This document shows positions 36,439 to 51,199 of a stretch of 64,000 nt of DNA, one piece after another; positions within the stretch are counted from its first letter, which is position 1; every line of letters begins with the position of its first letter. Below the pieces are notes generated by a model. It had not been told where the DNA came from, did no database searches, and saw nothing but the letters and a program-made list of their open reading frames with translations. A program made the position numbers and the translations under genes. Where the stretch lies: NCBI RefSeq assembly GCF_006345805.1, contig NC_043008.1:64542001-64606000 (forward strand), written 5' to 3'. This stretch comes from Octopus sinensis. Its lineage: Eukaryota.

Positions 36439-38239
36439 ATATGGGTGTAAGAGAGAAGAGAGAAGATATATACATACATACATGTATGCATGCACACATC
36501 CTAACTTACAAAAATATACAGAGACATCTAAGTATAAAAGCGAGAAAAATATTGACAGATTGATCTGATAATGAAAATCAAATACAGCGCAGTTATGTTT
36601 GAAAGAGAGAAAGTAAAGATGAATAGTGCGTTGTCCGTTTTAGTTAAGCAGAGATATTACATTCACATCAAAAGACAGTGTAAAAGAATATATTTATGAA
36701 CAATTCATGAGATATTTGCCTCGGGTAATCAGCAAGTTATTTATATCCCTGGTCAGTGGGCCACTTCAATTTATATAACGAAGTACTTCTGTACTTTTGG
36801 TTGTGTAAGTCCTCTACGGCGATATTTTAATGAATGTAACCTATCATTTGTCATGTTGGTATATGCTTATTATGTAGACACTTTGAATGCTGATGTGGCC
36901 GACACATACTTCCGAAGACACATATTTCTACATAAATACATACTATTTAAAATATATATGTATGTTTTATTTTCAGCATTGCTACCTTGTTACTGATTAG
37001 ATGCCCAGTCCAAAGAAAAGTAAAAGAAGAACACAAAATCTATCGAAATGTCAATCAGTAAGGAAAACAAAGTTTATACATACATTCATAGACACATATA
37101 CATACGTAAGTGGATTCATTCTTTCTGTGTTCCAAACCAGCTCATTCCTAATAATAAAAATTTGAATGGATAAATAAAAGGTAGATGCATATATAATTTG
37201 GAAAAGTTAGGATTTTCAAATCAAGGAAGTAACGGTATAATGCTGTATTTGAACAGTATAAATGGAGTATTGTAAAGTTTTCTAAAGCTTAAACAAGGAA
37301 CTAAATTCCACTGGTAGAGCTGGGTGTCAGAGAGCCTAGTTTTCTCTCAGAGGAAAAAAATTCAAATTATTTTTTAAATGAGAATGTGCTTGCATACATG
37401 CAGACACACATACATACGTACATACACACACACGGCTGTCATGGGATTACAGTCAGCACATTATTGGATATGCTAATTTACATATTAAATATATTCCTGG
37501 AAGCGGTACGTAACTATAAATGACTTTCAGAGACACGACACTTCGTTATGCAACCATAATATACTTCAAAGTATATTGAACGTTTTTATAAGCCAATACC
37601 GTGTACTACTGTGTTAGTAGTGCTCTTAAATCACGTATAAGGTCATCTCTACTGGTTTTCCATATCCAATAACGTTACACCCTTATATGTAGTGGCTATT
37701 TAAGCAATGAGTTCGTGGACCATTACTGGGTTTGAGTGGTAATGATAAAGGAGCAAAAACTCACAAAATATGTCGTATACGCCCATTACCCATTTCCCAT
37801 CTTCAATTTCATTGTTTGTTTACATTTGGAGTCTCTGATACAATACCTCATAACAAAATAAGTGCTAGCTATAATTTCAATAGAAAATCTGTAAAGGTGA
37901 CATTAACATGTGATTTAAGTGCCCTGCTAATACAGTAGTGCAGGGTATTGACTTATAAAAACATGTAATATGGTTTGTAGTACATCACGGTTGCACAAAG
38001 AGGTATCGTATCTTAACAAGTCAGCTCCGGTGGGTCGGACATGTAGTCCGAATAGACGACGCGCGTCCACCCAAGATGATCTTCTTCTCTGTTTCTGCCT
38101 TTCAACGACCTCGAACACATAAGTGCAAACAAGAGAGACAGAGAAAGGCAGAAATAAGGAAAATGCCACTTTGAACACTATACGAATATTCCTTTAAAAA
38201 ACTTTTCTTTTAATTTTTCTAAATTTAATTATTTAATCG

Positions 38240-38283
38240 TTACAGTTGAAAAGGTCTGAAAATGACCGAAACCGGTACTGAAA
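38240..38283 (+). ncRNA. Minimal hammerhead, U3-A8 variant
   Basis: TTACAG-TTGAAAA-GGTC tgaaaat GACC-GAAA-CCGG-TA-CTGAAA. Stem III is the palindrome ACCGGT and the GUA site ends at 38277. Confidence 0.7.
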
Positions 38284-39174
38284 TGTTCTTTATAAAATTA
38301 TTTTAGCATTTTCTATCTTTACTTGCTTTTTCATAAATTTCAACACGTGTGTTCCTTTTCACCCTCATATATATATATATAGGGTTAACTATGATAATTT
38401 TACGACATGTTTATCCATTTTCCTCACATTCAATCTTGTGCTAACAAAGAGCTAATTCAAAGTGGTTTAGTGTCATTCGACGTCTATTTCTAGCATATAG
38501 GTGCTGTTCCTTAAGTGCCCTTAATTATGATTATATCTACATAATTATATATTCATATATTGATTTTTACCTCTATGGCTTTTATTATATGCTGGCCACT
38601 GATACAATTATTAATTTTTAATGACTTTATCCTTGATTATGTACGAGAGAGAGAGAGAGAGAGAGAGATACACGCCTATGTATATATATATATTTATATA
38701 CATATACGTATATGTACATATATATTTACATACATATGCACACACACTCACACACACTCACACATACACACGCAAATACACACATATAGGCATATGTGTA
38801 TATGTGTGTAGTTATATACAACTTAGAGGTAATGATCTTAAAATCTCGTCTAATGCATCTATAAAATATTGCAACGAATTCGTCGAAATTAATGTCCTTC
38901 AAATTTTAATCTCTAACATTTCTTATTATTGAATTAAACCTCAATTTAATTTAGAAATTCTTGTATAAAATTGTTTTCTTTCGTTGTATTACTACATTCC
39001 ACTTTGATGTGTAAACTAATGGTAGGAAGAGAAGTACTGCAAGACACTATAGAAATATATCTGTACTAAATACACGTTTTGCTTTAATCATTTTTTCATT
39101 TCAGTTCAGAGTTCTGGTGTCTAATTCTATTTGACTTATGGCTATACATGACTATTTAGCTGAATAACTTCACC

Positions 39175-39217
39175 TGTATATATGTGTATATATATTATAT
39201 ATTATATAATATATATA

Positions 39218-39249
<32 letters not shown>

Positions 39250-39304
39250 GTTAATATATATATATTATTATATATATATATATATTATATATATATATAT
39301 ATAA

Positions 39305-39360
<56 letters not shown>

Positions 39361-39390
39361 TATATTATATATAATATTATATATATAGAA
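39175..39390. repeat. Imperfect (TA)n tract
   Basis: Seen directly in the sequence. Confidence 0.95.
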
Positions 39391-40308
39391 AGAGAGAGAG
39401 AGAAAGAGGAGAGAGTGAAAATGAGAGACATGTACATATATATATGTATGCTTTTATTCTTTTATATGATTCAGAAAGGTATATGAATAACTACTATATG
39501 AAGAGTATAAATACACATGAGAATGGAGATAGATGTAGAGTGGTAGAAACCATAACAACGATGATGTCACAATGTGATTTAAAGATGAATTGGTTAAGAT
39601 TTCTCAAAGACCGTGCAGCAAAGTCGCAATCTACCTACGCGTACAGTATCTTATACGCATACAGATACTTAAAACAGAAGTTAAGATTTTTTCATATATC
39701 TACTAATTAATTGTATGTCTACCTCACTGTCTCACACACACCACACGCACATATGTGTGTGTGTCCCTGTGTGTGTACATGCTTATGGGCGTGTCTATGT
39801 GTGTTTGTGTATGTGTATGTATTTATAATTGAAGAAAACTAGGTAAGAATCAACTTATAACACATCTAGGTACCGCCTCGAGAATTTTCATTTCGATTAA
39901 ACTTACATACAAGCGTAAGGGAAAAGAGTATGATTTGAATGTGTGTTGTTCTCTAGATGGTGAAGTCATCATCTTCACACTAGTCACTAGACGTCTGTGT
40001 AGGCCACATAGCCCACTTCTGTTCATGCTCTAACTTCTAATTAGAGCAAAAGGTTAAAAAATGACTGTAAGCTAATGAAATTTATTACATACATTCACAT
40101 TCCCTCGTAATTTATTTAATTTCATTTTTCTGCCCTGTACTCGACTGTACACTATACATACACATATGTATATATATATGTTTTACATATATATATATAT
40201 ATAGTGTTTCTCCCTCCCTCTCTTTCTCTTTCTCTCTTCTCTTTTTCTCTTTCTCTCTATATATACATATTTATATATATGCGTGTGTGTGTGTACATGC
40301 ATACATAT

Positions 40309-40367
<59 letters not shown>

Positions 40368-40427
40368 TATATATATATGAAAAAAACAGTCAAGATAGAA
40401 AATGCTAAAATAATTTTATAAAGAACA

Positions 40428-40470
40428 TTTCAATACCGGTTTCGGTCATTTGAGACCTTTTCAACTGTAA
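40428..40470 (-). ncRNA. Minimal hammerhead, U3-A8 variant (second copy of the 38240 family)
   Basis: TTACAG-TTGAAAA-GGTC tcaaat GACC-GAAA-CCGG-TA-TTGAAA, inside a ~115-bp repeat (40379-40495) homologous to 38218-38335. Confidence 0.7.
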
Positions 40471-40539
40471 CAATTAAATAATTAAATTTAGAAATATATA
40501 TATATATACACATACATATATATTATGTATTTTATGTGT

Positions 40540-41010
40540 TAATGTGTGTTGCTGTGAGGTAAGAAGTTTGCTTCTTAATCACATGGTGTCGGGTTCAGCC
40601 TACTACGTGGCATCTAGGGCAAGTGTCTTCTACTATAGTCTCGGACCGACCAGTGACCTGTGAGTTAATTTGGTGGACGGAAAGTAAAAAAGCCAGTCGT
40701 ATATGTGTGTGTGACTGCTGCTTGACAATCATTGTTGATTTGCTTACGCCCCCGTAATATTTATCAGTTCGGCAAAAGATTAATTACCGCATTTAAAAAC
40801 AGTACGTAAAATATATGGCCAGTAAATCTATCTGCCGCTTAATCACAGAATCCTGCAAACTCTCCATGCCTGCTCTTCTTGTCACCTCTGTTTCTCACTC
40901 TGTCTTGGTACGAGATGCCCAGGAGTGACCGTAGGCAGCGTCGACAGGCCATGTCTAAAATCGGTGATCCAGCATGGCCACAGTAAAATGACTGAAACAA
41001 AGTAAAAGAA
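40540..41010 (+). mobile_element. Degenerate family B SINE with ~140 bp of foreign internal sequence
   Basis: Family B head and tail with an unrelated segment at ~40810-40950. Confidence 0.6.
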
Positions 41011-41099
41011 TGCTTTCATAAGTGTATAGAAACCTGATGTGCGTACGCATGCGTATGAGCAAGCGTGAACGTCATTTTATACGTAGATCACATGATATA

Positions 41100-41478
41100 C
41101 TCTTTTACTCTTTTACTTGTTTCAGTCATTCGCCTTTAGTCGAACAAATGAAACCCAGGACTTATTCTTTGTAAGCCTAGTACCTATTCTATCGGTCTCT
41201 TTTGCCGAACCGCTAAATTACGGGAACGTAAACACACACGCATCGGTTGTCAAGTGATGTGGGGGGGGGGGACAAACACAGACACACACATACACATATA
41301 TATACATATATACGACGGGCTTCTTTCAGTTTCCGTCTACCAAATCCACTCACAAGGCTTTGGTCGGCCCGAGGCTATAGTAGAAGACACTTGCCCAAGG
41401 TGCCACGCAGTGGGACTGAACCCGGAACCAAGTGGTTGGTAAGCAAGCTACTTAACACACAGCCACTCTTGCGCCTAT
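41100..41478 (-). mobile_element. Family B SINE, near full length
   Basis: Reverse complement of the family B consensus. Confidence 0.85.
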
Positions 41479-42117
41479 ATATGCTAAACCTCTTGCATGC
41501 TTTCTATATATTAACAGTACTTTTCGTATCATATAGGAGCACTCTTATTATGAGTCTTGTGCGCATGTGTCAGCAATGATGTATCCATCAATCTATCTGT
41601 ATATACACCTATACCTAGCTACACGTCTGTATGCGGGGGCGTATGCACACATATAGCGAGAAATATGTATATACACATATAATTGTATACAAGCAACTGC
41701 GTATACACAATTATATTCTGTCTTTCAGCCTCTCTTCCCCTCTTTCATTGTCTCTCCACATATGTTTGATTAAGGAATATAGCAAGTTGTATGGGAGAAC
41801 AATTGGGGTCAGAACTAGCTGTGCCTTCACATTGTTTCAATTTCCGTTTAAAGTTGTTTCACTTCCGGTACCTGAAGGTAGATGCTTTCATGTGTCGTAA
41901 CATCATATGTTCTCATCCCCACAAAACCCGATGTTTGCATTTTATGAGAAATCCATTAACTGCTTATCATTCTTGATTTCCGTTTACTTGATATATTTCA
42001 ATATTCAATTATGATCTTGAATATTAAATATAATAATTTCTGATCAACACGCAAACGCACACCATCACGCACCTTTAGAACGCTAAAATACATATGTACT
42101 TATGCATGTCTACATAT

Positions 42118-42618
42118 ATGAGTGTGTATGTGTATCTATATACATGCATATATATATGTGTGTGTATACGCACACATATTCATACACATACTTATATACA
42201 CACACATATATATATACGCACACACACACACATATATACACACTCATCCATACATGATACATATATATTTCAATCCATACTTACATATATTTCCATCTGC
42301 CCATATGTGCATGCGTGTGTGTAGATGTGTTTGTATATATATATTATGCGAGTATGCATGAGTGTGTGTATGTATATCTATATATAGACATATATGTGTG
42401 TGTGTATACGCGCATATATTCATACACATACTTATATACACATATACATATATGTATACGCATACACACACACATATATATATATATGTATATACACACT
42501 CTTCCACAAATAATATATATTTCAATCCATGCTTACATATATTTCCATCTGCCCATATGTGTATGCGTGTGTAGATATGTTTGATGTGTTTGTATATATA
42601 CATTATGCGAGTATGTAT
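42118..42618. repeat. Tandem duplication of a ~240-bp TA/CA-rich unit
   Basis: TTTCAATCCAT(A/G)CTTACATATATTTCCATCTGCCCATATGTG and ATTATGCGAGTATG each occur twice, about 240-260 bp apart. Confidence 0.8.
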
Positions 42619-44144
42619 GAACGTGTATTTATGTAAGTCTATTAGTGTGTGAGCGTGTCACTTTCTATGTACGATATTTTTGTGTAGCTCTTTGTGTGTT
42701 TGTGTGAGTATAAATGGACGCTATTTTGTTCCTTAATTAAATGTAAGGTCACGTGAGCAATATATTTCACAGTCTTACACGGTAGCCATAAAATTCTTTT
42801 TAGAGTGTGTGTACATATGATAGAAGAGCGATCTTTACAATGAAATATTAAAGATAATAGCAATAAACGTATTAAAAGAGAAAGGAGAGATAGAGAGAAG
42901 GGGAGAGTGATTGGTGTTATGATTAAAAGTGCTAGAAAAGAGGACGTACGTAAAGTGGGGATGCGAGATAGATTACTAGCACGAGAGAAAGTGAGAAGTA
43001 AATAACAATCAATTAATAAATACACCTACCTCATAAAATAGACATTTACATAACACAGAGAGTTTGAATAGCTCTCTTTTGATAGCTGAAGAGTTGTTGA
43101 TGAGATTCGAAAACAAAATATAAATGATATTGCTAAGTCCTTAAATGATTGGTGGTGATAGATTAACGAAATAGAGACTTTTCAAGAAAATAGAGAAAGG
43201 TTTGCTTCGGAAAATGGTATATACAGAAACTTCAGGAAGTCTTGTATGTGTTGTAGATAATGTTGTTGGTTTATCTTCCAGTACAAGAATTGAAACAAAG
43301 TCAACCGGAAATTGAAGCAATGTAATGGCAAAGCTCATTGTGAGCCCAATTGTTCTATTGTTATTCCATAAAATTTATTCCTTTGGTAGATATAAATGAG
43401 AAGAAAGTGAGACAAGGTGTGTGTGGGAAGGAAAGATGGAATATAAATGAATGTATGCGCGTATATACATACATGTATACATACATTCGTACGCATGCCT
43501 ACAAGCATGCTTACACACATTAATACGTATATATGTGCACATTATTTATATACACATATACATATATGTATAAAATATATACACTTACATATACATATAT
43601 ACGTATGTATTTCTGTGTGTGCATATGTGTGTCTTTAGTTTCGTTAGTTATTGTAAAGCGTAGCCCGTGATATATCGGATTGTATTCGCAGATTTGGTGA
43701 GTTACCACCGACAGATGATAAACATAGTAACAACATCTTTCCTCCACTGCGTCTTCCCACTCCATTTACTGCCAACAGTCGGACCAATGTCCAACCACGC
43801 CTTCATTTTTCTCTATTCTTTGTTCTGTATGATCACGAAAAGTTATAAATTTCCAGTCTTCACCGCAATTTAAGATACCGACCTTTTATTAATTCTTCAT
43901 TTGATCAATTGTTAATGGTATACATCCTCAACTGTTTGCTTGGATTCAACTCTTTACATTTAGCCTCAGTGATTTTAGTTGGTTGGACAGGTCATACCGT
44001 ATTGGAATGTCTCAAACACAAAGGATCAACCGGTCAAAACCCATGTAAGCATGGAAAAACGGATGTAAAAGTGAATGAAACGAATAAATTTGCGTGTGAA
44101 TATTCGAATAGAAATATGATCCAATATTAATTCACATTATAAGG

Positions 44145-44570
44145 CTGCGAGCTGGCAGAATCGTTAACACTCCGGTCAAAATCTTCAGCGGTATTTCGTC
44201 CGTCCTTACTTTCTGAGTTCAAATTACCCCAAGGTTGATTTTACCTTTCTTTCTTTCGAGGTCAATGAAATAAGTACAAGTTACGCACTGCGGTCGATAT
44301 AATCGACTTGCCCCCTCCCCAAAATTTCAGGCCTTGTGCCTATAGTAGAAAGGATAATATAAGGCGGTGAGCTGACAGAATCGTTAGCATGCTGGGCAAA
44401 ATACCTGGCGGCATTTCGTTTGTCTTTATGTTTTGAGTTCAAATTCCGCCAAGGACTAATTTGTCTTTCACCTTTCGTGGTCAATAAAATAGATACTAGT
44501 GGGACACTGGTGTAGATAGAATTAACTTTCCGCCTACCCCGAAATTGCAGGCTATGTGCTAGAAACAGAG
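44145..44570 (+). mobile_element. Two tandem family A SINEs
   Basis: GCGAGCTGGCAGAATCG at ~44146 and GGCGGTGAGCTGACAGAATCG at ~44363. Confidence 0.8.
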
Positions 44571-45924
44571 ACCCATATCATATTATACTGAGTTAAGGGG
44601 ATACAGGCAGACAGACCGTGAGAGAAAGAAAGAAAAAAGGAAGAAAGACAGAGAAAGATTAGGTAGAGATAGACGGATAGGTTTGGACAGAACGTGTGTA
44701 ATGGTTTTGCTCGGAAAAAAAAAAATTTTGTTGAAACATCTTCAAGTATTTTATTCATATGTTTCACCCAAATTAACACAAACACCTGTTGCTTGTCTTC
44801 CTTTTGCAAGCATTTGAGCCACGTTTCCGGTTAACAATAACCTTCTGATTTAGAGTCACCAGTTTGCAAAACCCTGAAAAAAAGAACGTAAAAGAAAGAC
44901 AAAGGAGGACATGAATATTGCCCTTCTATCACTGACTAAATAGTAGCAAAAATGCTTTACTTGAACCATTACTGAGTTATTTACGAGCCCCTTAAAAGTA
45001 TCCCAGTATTGTGTACTGCTCCTATACACGGGAAAGAGCAATTCAATTCTTCGCTGGTCTCTGATTGTATGTCCAATGATCCCATGAAAATTATATGGTT
45101 CGTTGCCCTGCTGGACTTAACAGCCAAATCCCCTTCAATAATATCCTTTGTTTTAAAAGAAGGAAGGGCATGTTCGACGTTGAAGTCCTAAACGTACTGT
45201 TTAGAGGGTGGGATGAAATTGTAACGGCTGCCATGTCTTTCATCATAGATCTCCACAATCGGAGAAAGCTGGTTTCGAGCAAAATAACGCGACAACATCA
45301 ACACTAAACAAGAACAACTACCATAGTAACTGCATGCTTTACACTAAAGAAGACTTCTACTTGATCAAAGTTGGTCACAAGCTAAACTACAATAATAACA
45401 ACGACGACAACGGCGACAAATCTACTTGATCGTTAAATATATTCTTACAGAAAAAAAAAGCAGTAAAAAAACACCTCTCTTTGAATCATCGTTGCGTTGT
45501 GTCTCCCCTACATCTCTTCTACTGATTTTTTAATGAACTCTGATCTTCAAATCTCGCAACCTGCAACTTAAATCTGCCACTTCAATCCACCTATTGATGC
45601 TGCATCTTTTATTCATTTATTTATGTATTCATTTTTGTTTTGTTTATTATTTTCCTTGAAATACTGTTTCTTCTCCTTATCTTCATGGTAAATATGATTC
45701 GCCAGTGCTCTTTTCAACAAAGCGCGATGAATTGAAGTTCATTCTCTCTCTCTCATATGTTCCTGCTCAGAATATAACTTCCAACTGGACAAGCGGCATA
45801 TTAGCCAGAACGCTTTCAATGAACCATATCACTCTTCTGATCCGAAAGATCTATGAACAAAGATTTTCATTTTCAAGACATTGAGTGAACACAAAACACG
45901 TAGAATGTTTGTAGGCATGTTTAT

Positions 45925-46423
45925 TTATATATATATATATATATAGATATATATATATATATATGATATATATTATGATATAGAATATTATATATATGTA
46001 TATATATATAATATATATATATATGTATATATTAGATATATATATATATGTTATATATATTATATATATATGTATATATATATATATATATATATAAAGT
46101 AATATATATATGTATATATATATATATAATATAGGTATATATAATATATATATATATATTATATATAATGTATATGTAATATATATTATATATACTATAT
46201 ATATATTATATATATATATATATATATAGATATACATATTATATATATATATATATATATAAATATATATATATATACTCACACGCACAAACATATATAT
46301 ATAGAGATATATAGATATCTATTATATATATATTGATATATATAGTATATATATATATATAGATTATAAAACATACTATATATATATATATATATATATA
46401 TAGATATAATGATATACTATATA

Positions 46424-46458
<35 letters not shown>

Positions 46459-46815
46459 TATATATAATATATATATTATATATATATATAATGTAGTATT
46501 GTACGTAAGCATGCATGTGTGTACACAACGTATTTAAGCGAGTGTGCGTGTGCATGCTGTGTTTATGAAGAGCTAGAAAGATAGAGTTAACAACAAAAAA
46601 TATACCGGCATGATATATGCATATATAGGCGTAATCTGTTTGCGTATATCTATATACCATGCACACACTCAGAACATAGGTACGTGCGCACACATATACT
46701 CTTACACACTCGCACATATATTGTGTGTGTGTGTGTATATCTATATGTATGTATGTATGTATAATATATATATATATTATAATATATATATATATATTAT
46801 ATATATATATATATA
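45925..46815. repeat. Long imperfect (TA)n low-complexity region
   Basis: Seen directly in the sequence. Confidence 0.95.
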
Positions 46816-48504
46816 TGCTTATATGCTTTTGATTGCGCGCATGCATGCGTGCGTCTGCATAAGTGTTTGAGTATATTTATGAGCGTTGCGAAATATCTTT
46901 TCTGTATTTTTGTTATTTTAATGATTTTTTCATACATTTTTTTGAAAATATTACATCATATACGTAAGTATATATGTAAGTATATATGCATTTCATGTGT
47001 GTGTGTGTGTTGTATGGTATATACGCTGCTATGTTTACACATTTAGCTATATGCCCTCATACACATACATGCAGACACACAAATACTTAAATATCCCTGA
47101 TCACTAATCTTAAAGTCAATCGGAACATTAGCTAAAAGGTCAATCGACTGACATCAGTGAAGCAGAATAATACGCTAGCTTTACATGGCGCCATTTTGTA
47201 TAGAAGCAAACAGAGGCGAACGACGTCATGTTCTGTGGGAGTTCTGTTAGCTATTGATAAATCCTCTGGCTTGTACATAGATATAGTTCTATTGTTAGTC
47301 GTGGCTTGGTTGTTACGGGTACTAGTGAATTGAAGGATGGGGAAAATAAAGTAACGAAGGGGGCGAGCATGGTGTTACGGTTGGTGAAGTGGGAAAAAAT
47401 ATGTAAAGAAAGAACAGCAATAGTAAATGAAAAATAAAGAAGAAAAAATACAAAGGTAGAGAAAGAAGGGGGGGATAAGGAAGCAACATCCAGAGCAAAG
47501 AAGTGATGAGCAAAAACTGATGTGTGCGCGCGTTGTGTGTGTGTGTGTGTGTGGTGTGTGTGTGTGTGTGTGTGTCTGTGTGTGTGTGTATAATGTGTGA
47601 GAAAGAGAGTTGGAAAACGAAAGTGGGTGAAAGAGAATGAGAATGAAATTTATAGAATAATTGGGATATATATATAAAGATGTTTATATACAGAGATGGG
47701 AGTGCACACACCACACACACACACATACACACACACACACACACAATATATATATATATACACACATATATATATAGATAGATAGATACATAGATACATA
47801 CATACATTCATACATACATACATACATACATACATACATACATACGTACATATACACATAGTCATATGTATGTATATAAGTATATACATGTATAAATATA
47901 CGCACACATATATAATAAAGGAGAGAGAGTGTGAGAGGAATGGAAGAATATGTAAAGAAATAAGATGCAGACGAGAAGAACAAAGAAAGAAAGCGATAAG
48001 ACAGAAGAAAATGAAATGAGGGTGAGATGGAAAAGGTGAATTAGACAGAGGAATAAAGCCGCCTGGGTGGTGGCGATAATGCTGCATGTGTGGCCGTTGT
48101 CTTTTAAATTCAGGACACCTGAATGAGATGAGATCTACAATGGCCACAATAACCTGTCCCTCCTTGGTTTTTAAGGCAATAGAAATGAGACTTGAAGATA
48201 TAGCTGCCGTTGCTAGTAGATATATTCAAAGGTAGAGACGTCTTAAGTGGCCGTTGTTGTAGTGGTGATACTGGGGATGACTGCTGCAAGCTAACTCATG
48301 TTAGCATTCTTCAATAAGCACGCAAGATGTTATGGACCAGAATTTGTCGAGCATTGCAGTAAATATTTTACGCCATGTCGTGGACTCCGACTGAAAAAGC
48401 TAACATTTCAATGCTTCCACTTCACAACTTCGCCTTCACTTCGCCTTCACTTCGTCTTTCCCTCCATATATGCATATATGTGTATATATACACAGACAAC
48501 ATAA

Positions 48505-48508
48505 TACA

Positions 48509-48554
<46 letters not shown>

Positions 48555-48909
48555 TATAGATATATATTATATATGTATACATATATATATATAACATATA
48601 TATAATACATATATATATATACATATATATATAATATATATACATTATAATATATACATATATGTTTACATATATAATTGTATATACTTATATATTATAA
48701 TATATATGTATATACATATATATATACATATATATATATACATATATATGTATATACATATATATATGTATATACATATATATATATAATATATATGTAT
48801 ATACATATATATATATATTATATATATATATATATAATATATACTATCTATTATATATATATATATTATATATATATATATATATATGTATATAGATATA
48901 TATATATAT

Positions 48910-48987
<78 letters not shown>

Positions 48988-49000
48988 ATATATATATACA
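48505..49000. repeat. Long imperfect (TA)n tract
   Basis: Seen directly in the sequence. Confidence 0.95.
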
Positions 49001-49389
49001 CACGCATTATATAATCACATACTCACTCACACATACACGCACGTACATATGTCTTATGAAATGTGCATCTCAAAAGCGCTTAAACAGAAATTTCTTCCTA
49101 TCAGGATTATGCTAATGTGACCGTATCAAGAATTTTCTTCTAACAACTTTAGGAGTGGCTTTGTGGTAAGAAATTTGGTTCCCAACAACATTGTTCTGTG
49201 TTCAGTCCCACTGCGTGGCAACTTGGGCAACTGTCTTCTATTATAGCCTCGGGCCGACGAAAGCCTCATAAGTGGATTTTTCCCTAACAGTAGCCTAATC
49301 GCTTATAACCTTTCAGCTTATAAATATTATTCTTATTTATAGAATTGTCACTCGTCACCGCTCCTCCATTTATGGCAGATGTGTGTATA

Positions 49390-49674
49390 TATATGTACAC
49401 GCACATACAGATCATGTAATCCCGTGATCGACCACATTATCAAATTTTGTTACACATCGCTGGTCATAATGCACATTGCATCATTTGTCTTCGAATGATG
49501 CCATTTCGCTGGCACGGTGAGTAAGCCAACATTCCCCACTGATCGAAAGGGTGACTGAAGTAACGTGAAGTGTGGCGTTTTGCTCAAGAACACAACGTGC
49601 TACCAGATTTGGAGTCGAACCCACGCTCTAGCGATCGTGAGTGCAACAACCTAATCGCTAGGCCACGCGCCTCC
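49390..49674 (-). mobile_element. tRNA-derived SINE with a family C-like head and a different tail
   Basis: GGAGGCGCGTGGCCTAGCGATTAGG...GTTGTGTTCTTGAGCAAAAC head. The 3' part does not match 19606 or 21044. Confidence 0.6.
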
Positions 49675-50067
49675 ACACGCATATATACGTACATAAATAC
49701 ATACTTAGATATATGCATTCATACATGAACGTACGCATATGTATATGACTCAGAGTCAAGAAATTACGGAAGCCAGATCTTACAGCGACTTTCATGCCGT
49801 ATGGAGAACTGAAGAGATGCCAGGTCATCGGCGCTCTATTTCTGCCGTACATTTTATCCGGGGTGCACTGAAGGAGCGCAAAATTTAATGCTTTGCAGAA
49901 GACCACAAACAGAGCCTCGTGTGGAAATCGAAACTCTGACCAATAGGCCATGCCTGTATGTGCCTATCTGCGTCTGCATCAGTGCGTGTTTACACACACA
50001 CACTCACACACACACACATATCATTATGTACATGTGTGTCTGTTTACCTATATGTAAATATTTGAGT

Positions 50068-50105
<38 letters not shown>

Positions 50106-50401
50106 GCACACACATACATAAATCTATGTGCGTGTGTAAATGTATATATTTATATATATATATCATTATATATAAATGCATATTTGTATATAAATGTAAA
50201 CATATGTATATATGTATATATTTATGTACATAGATACACACACACATACATAAATCTATGTGCGTGTGTGTGTGTGTGTAAATGTATATATTTATATATA
50301 TCATTATATATAAATGCATATTTGTATATAAATGTAAATATATGTATATATGTATACATCTATGTACATAGATGCACACACACACACACACACACACACA
50401 C

Positions 50402-50445
<44 letters not shown>

Positions 50446-50838
50446 TCTATGTAAGTGTCTACCTCTATATATATATTGCGCGTTTGTGTGTGCGGACGCG
50501 CCTCTGTGTCCGTATGTGTGCGCGTGTGTAGTCAAGAACAGCTGATGTGTGGTGTGAATCATTGAACGGAAGGAAAAATTGTAGACTGAGTGGTAAATTT
50601 TCACGCTTCAATGACTTGAAGCAATTTCCCTTGAAATTAAAGTGATAAAATTTAATATCACCACATCCTTTCACTTGTTCATTTACATATATATACACAC
50701 ACACGTATACATACATAAGGAGTAAACACAGGCATATGTCCATACAGGCTCATACATATATGTGCAAGTATTATTCATATAACCTATATGAGTACACATA
50801 CACACACACGCACACATATATGCATATCTATATATATA

Positions 50839-50887
<49 letters not shown>

Positions 50888-51081
50888 ACATACATACGCT
50901 TGCATACATTCGTATAATGTATATATATTAGATTATAAATTACGTATATCATACGCGTTATATTTGCGATTGTATGTATACATATATTTCTTACATCAAA
51001 ATGTGGATATGTGTCTATGTATATATTACACACATATACTTATACACGCACGCACAAACACACACTACATATATATATGTG

Positions 51082-51114
<33 letters not shown>

Positions 51115-51134
51115 CATGTTACATATATATATAT

Positions 51135-51199
<65 letters not shown>

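Noticed and set aside
44950-45290. Moderately GC-balanced stretch that could be a host exon (minus-strand LSPIVEIYDERHGSRYNF...)
   Set aside because: There is an in-frame stop, no recognisable domain and only weak splice signals. A BLASTX search would be needed.
49803-49845. CTGAAGA-GATG ccaggt CATC hammerhead-like start
   Set aside because: The GAAA catalytic strand is missing (reads GGCGC). At most a dead remnant.
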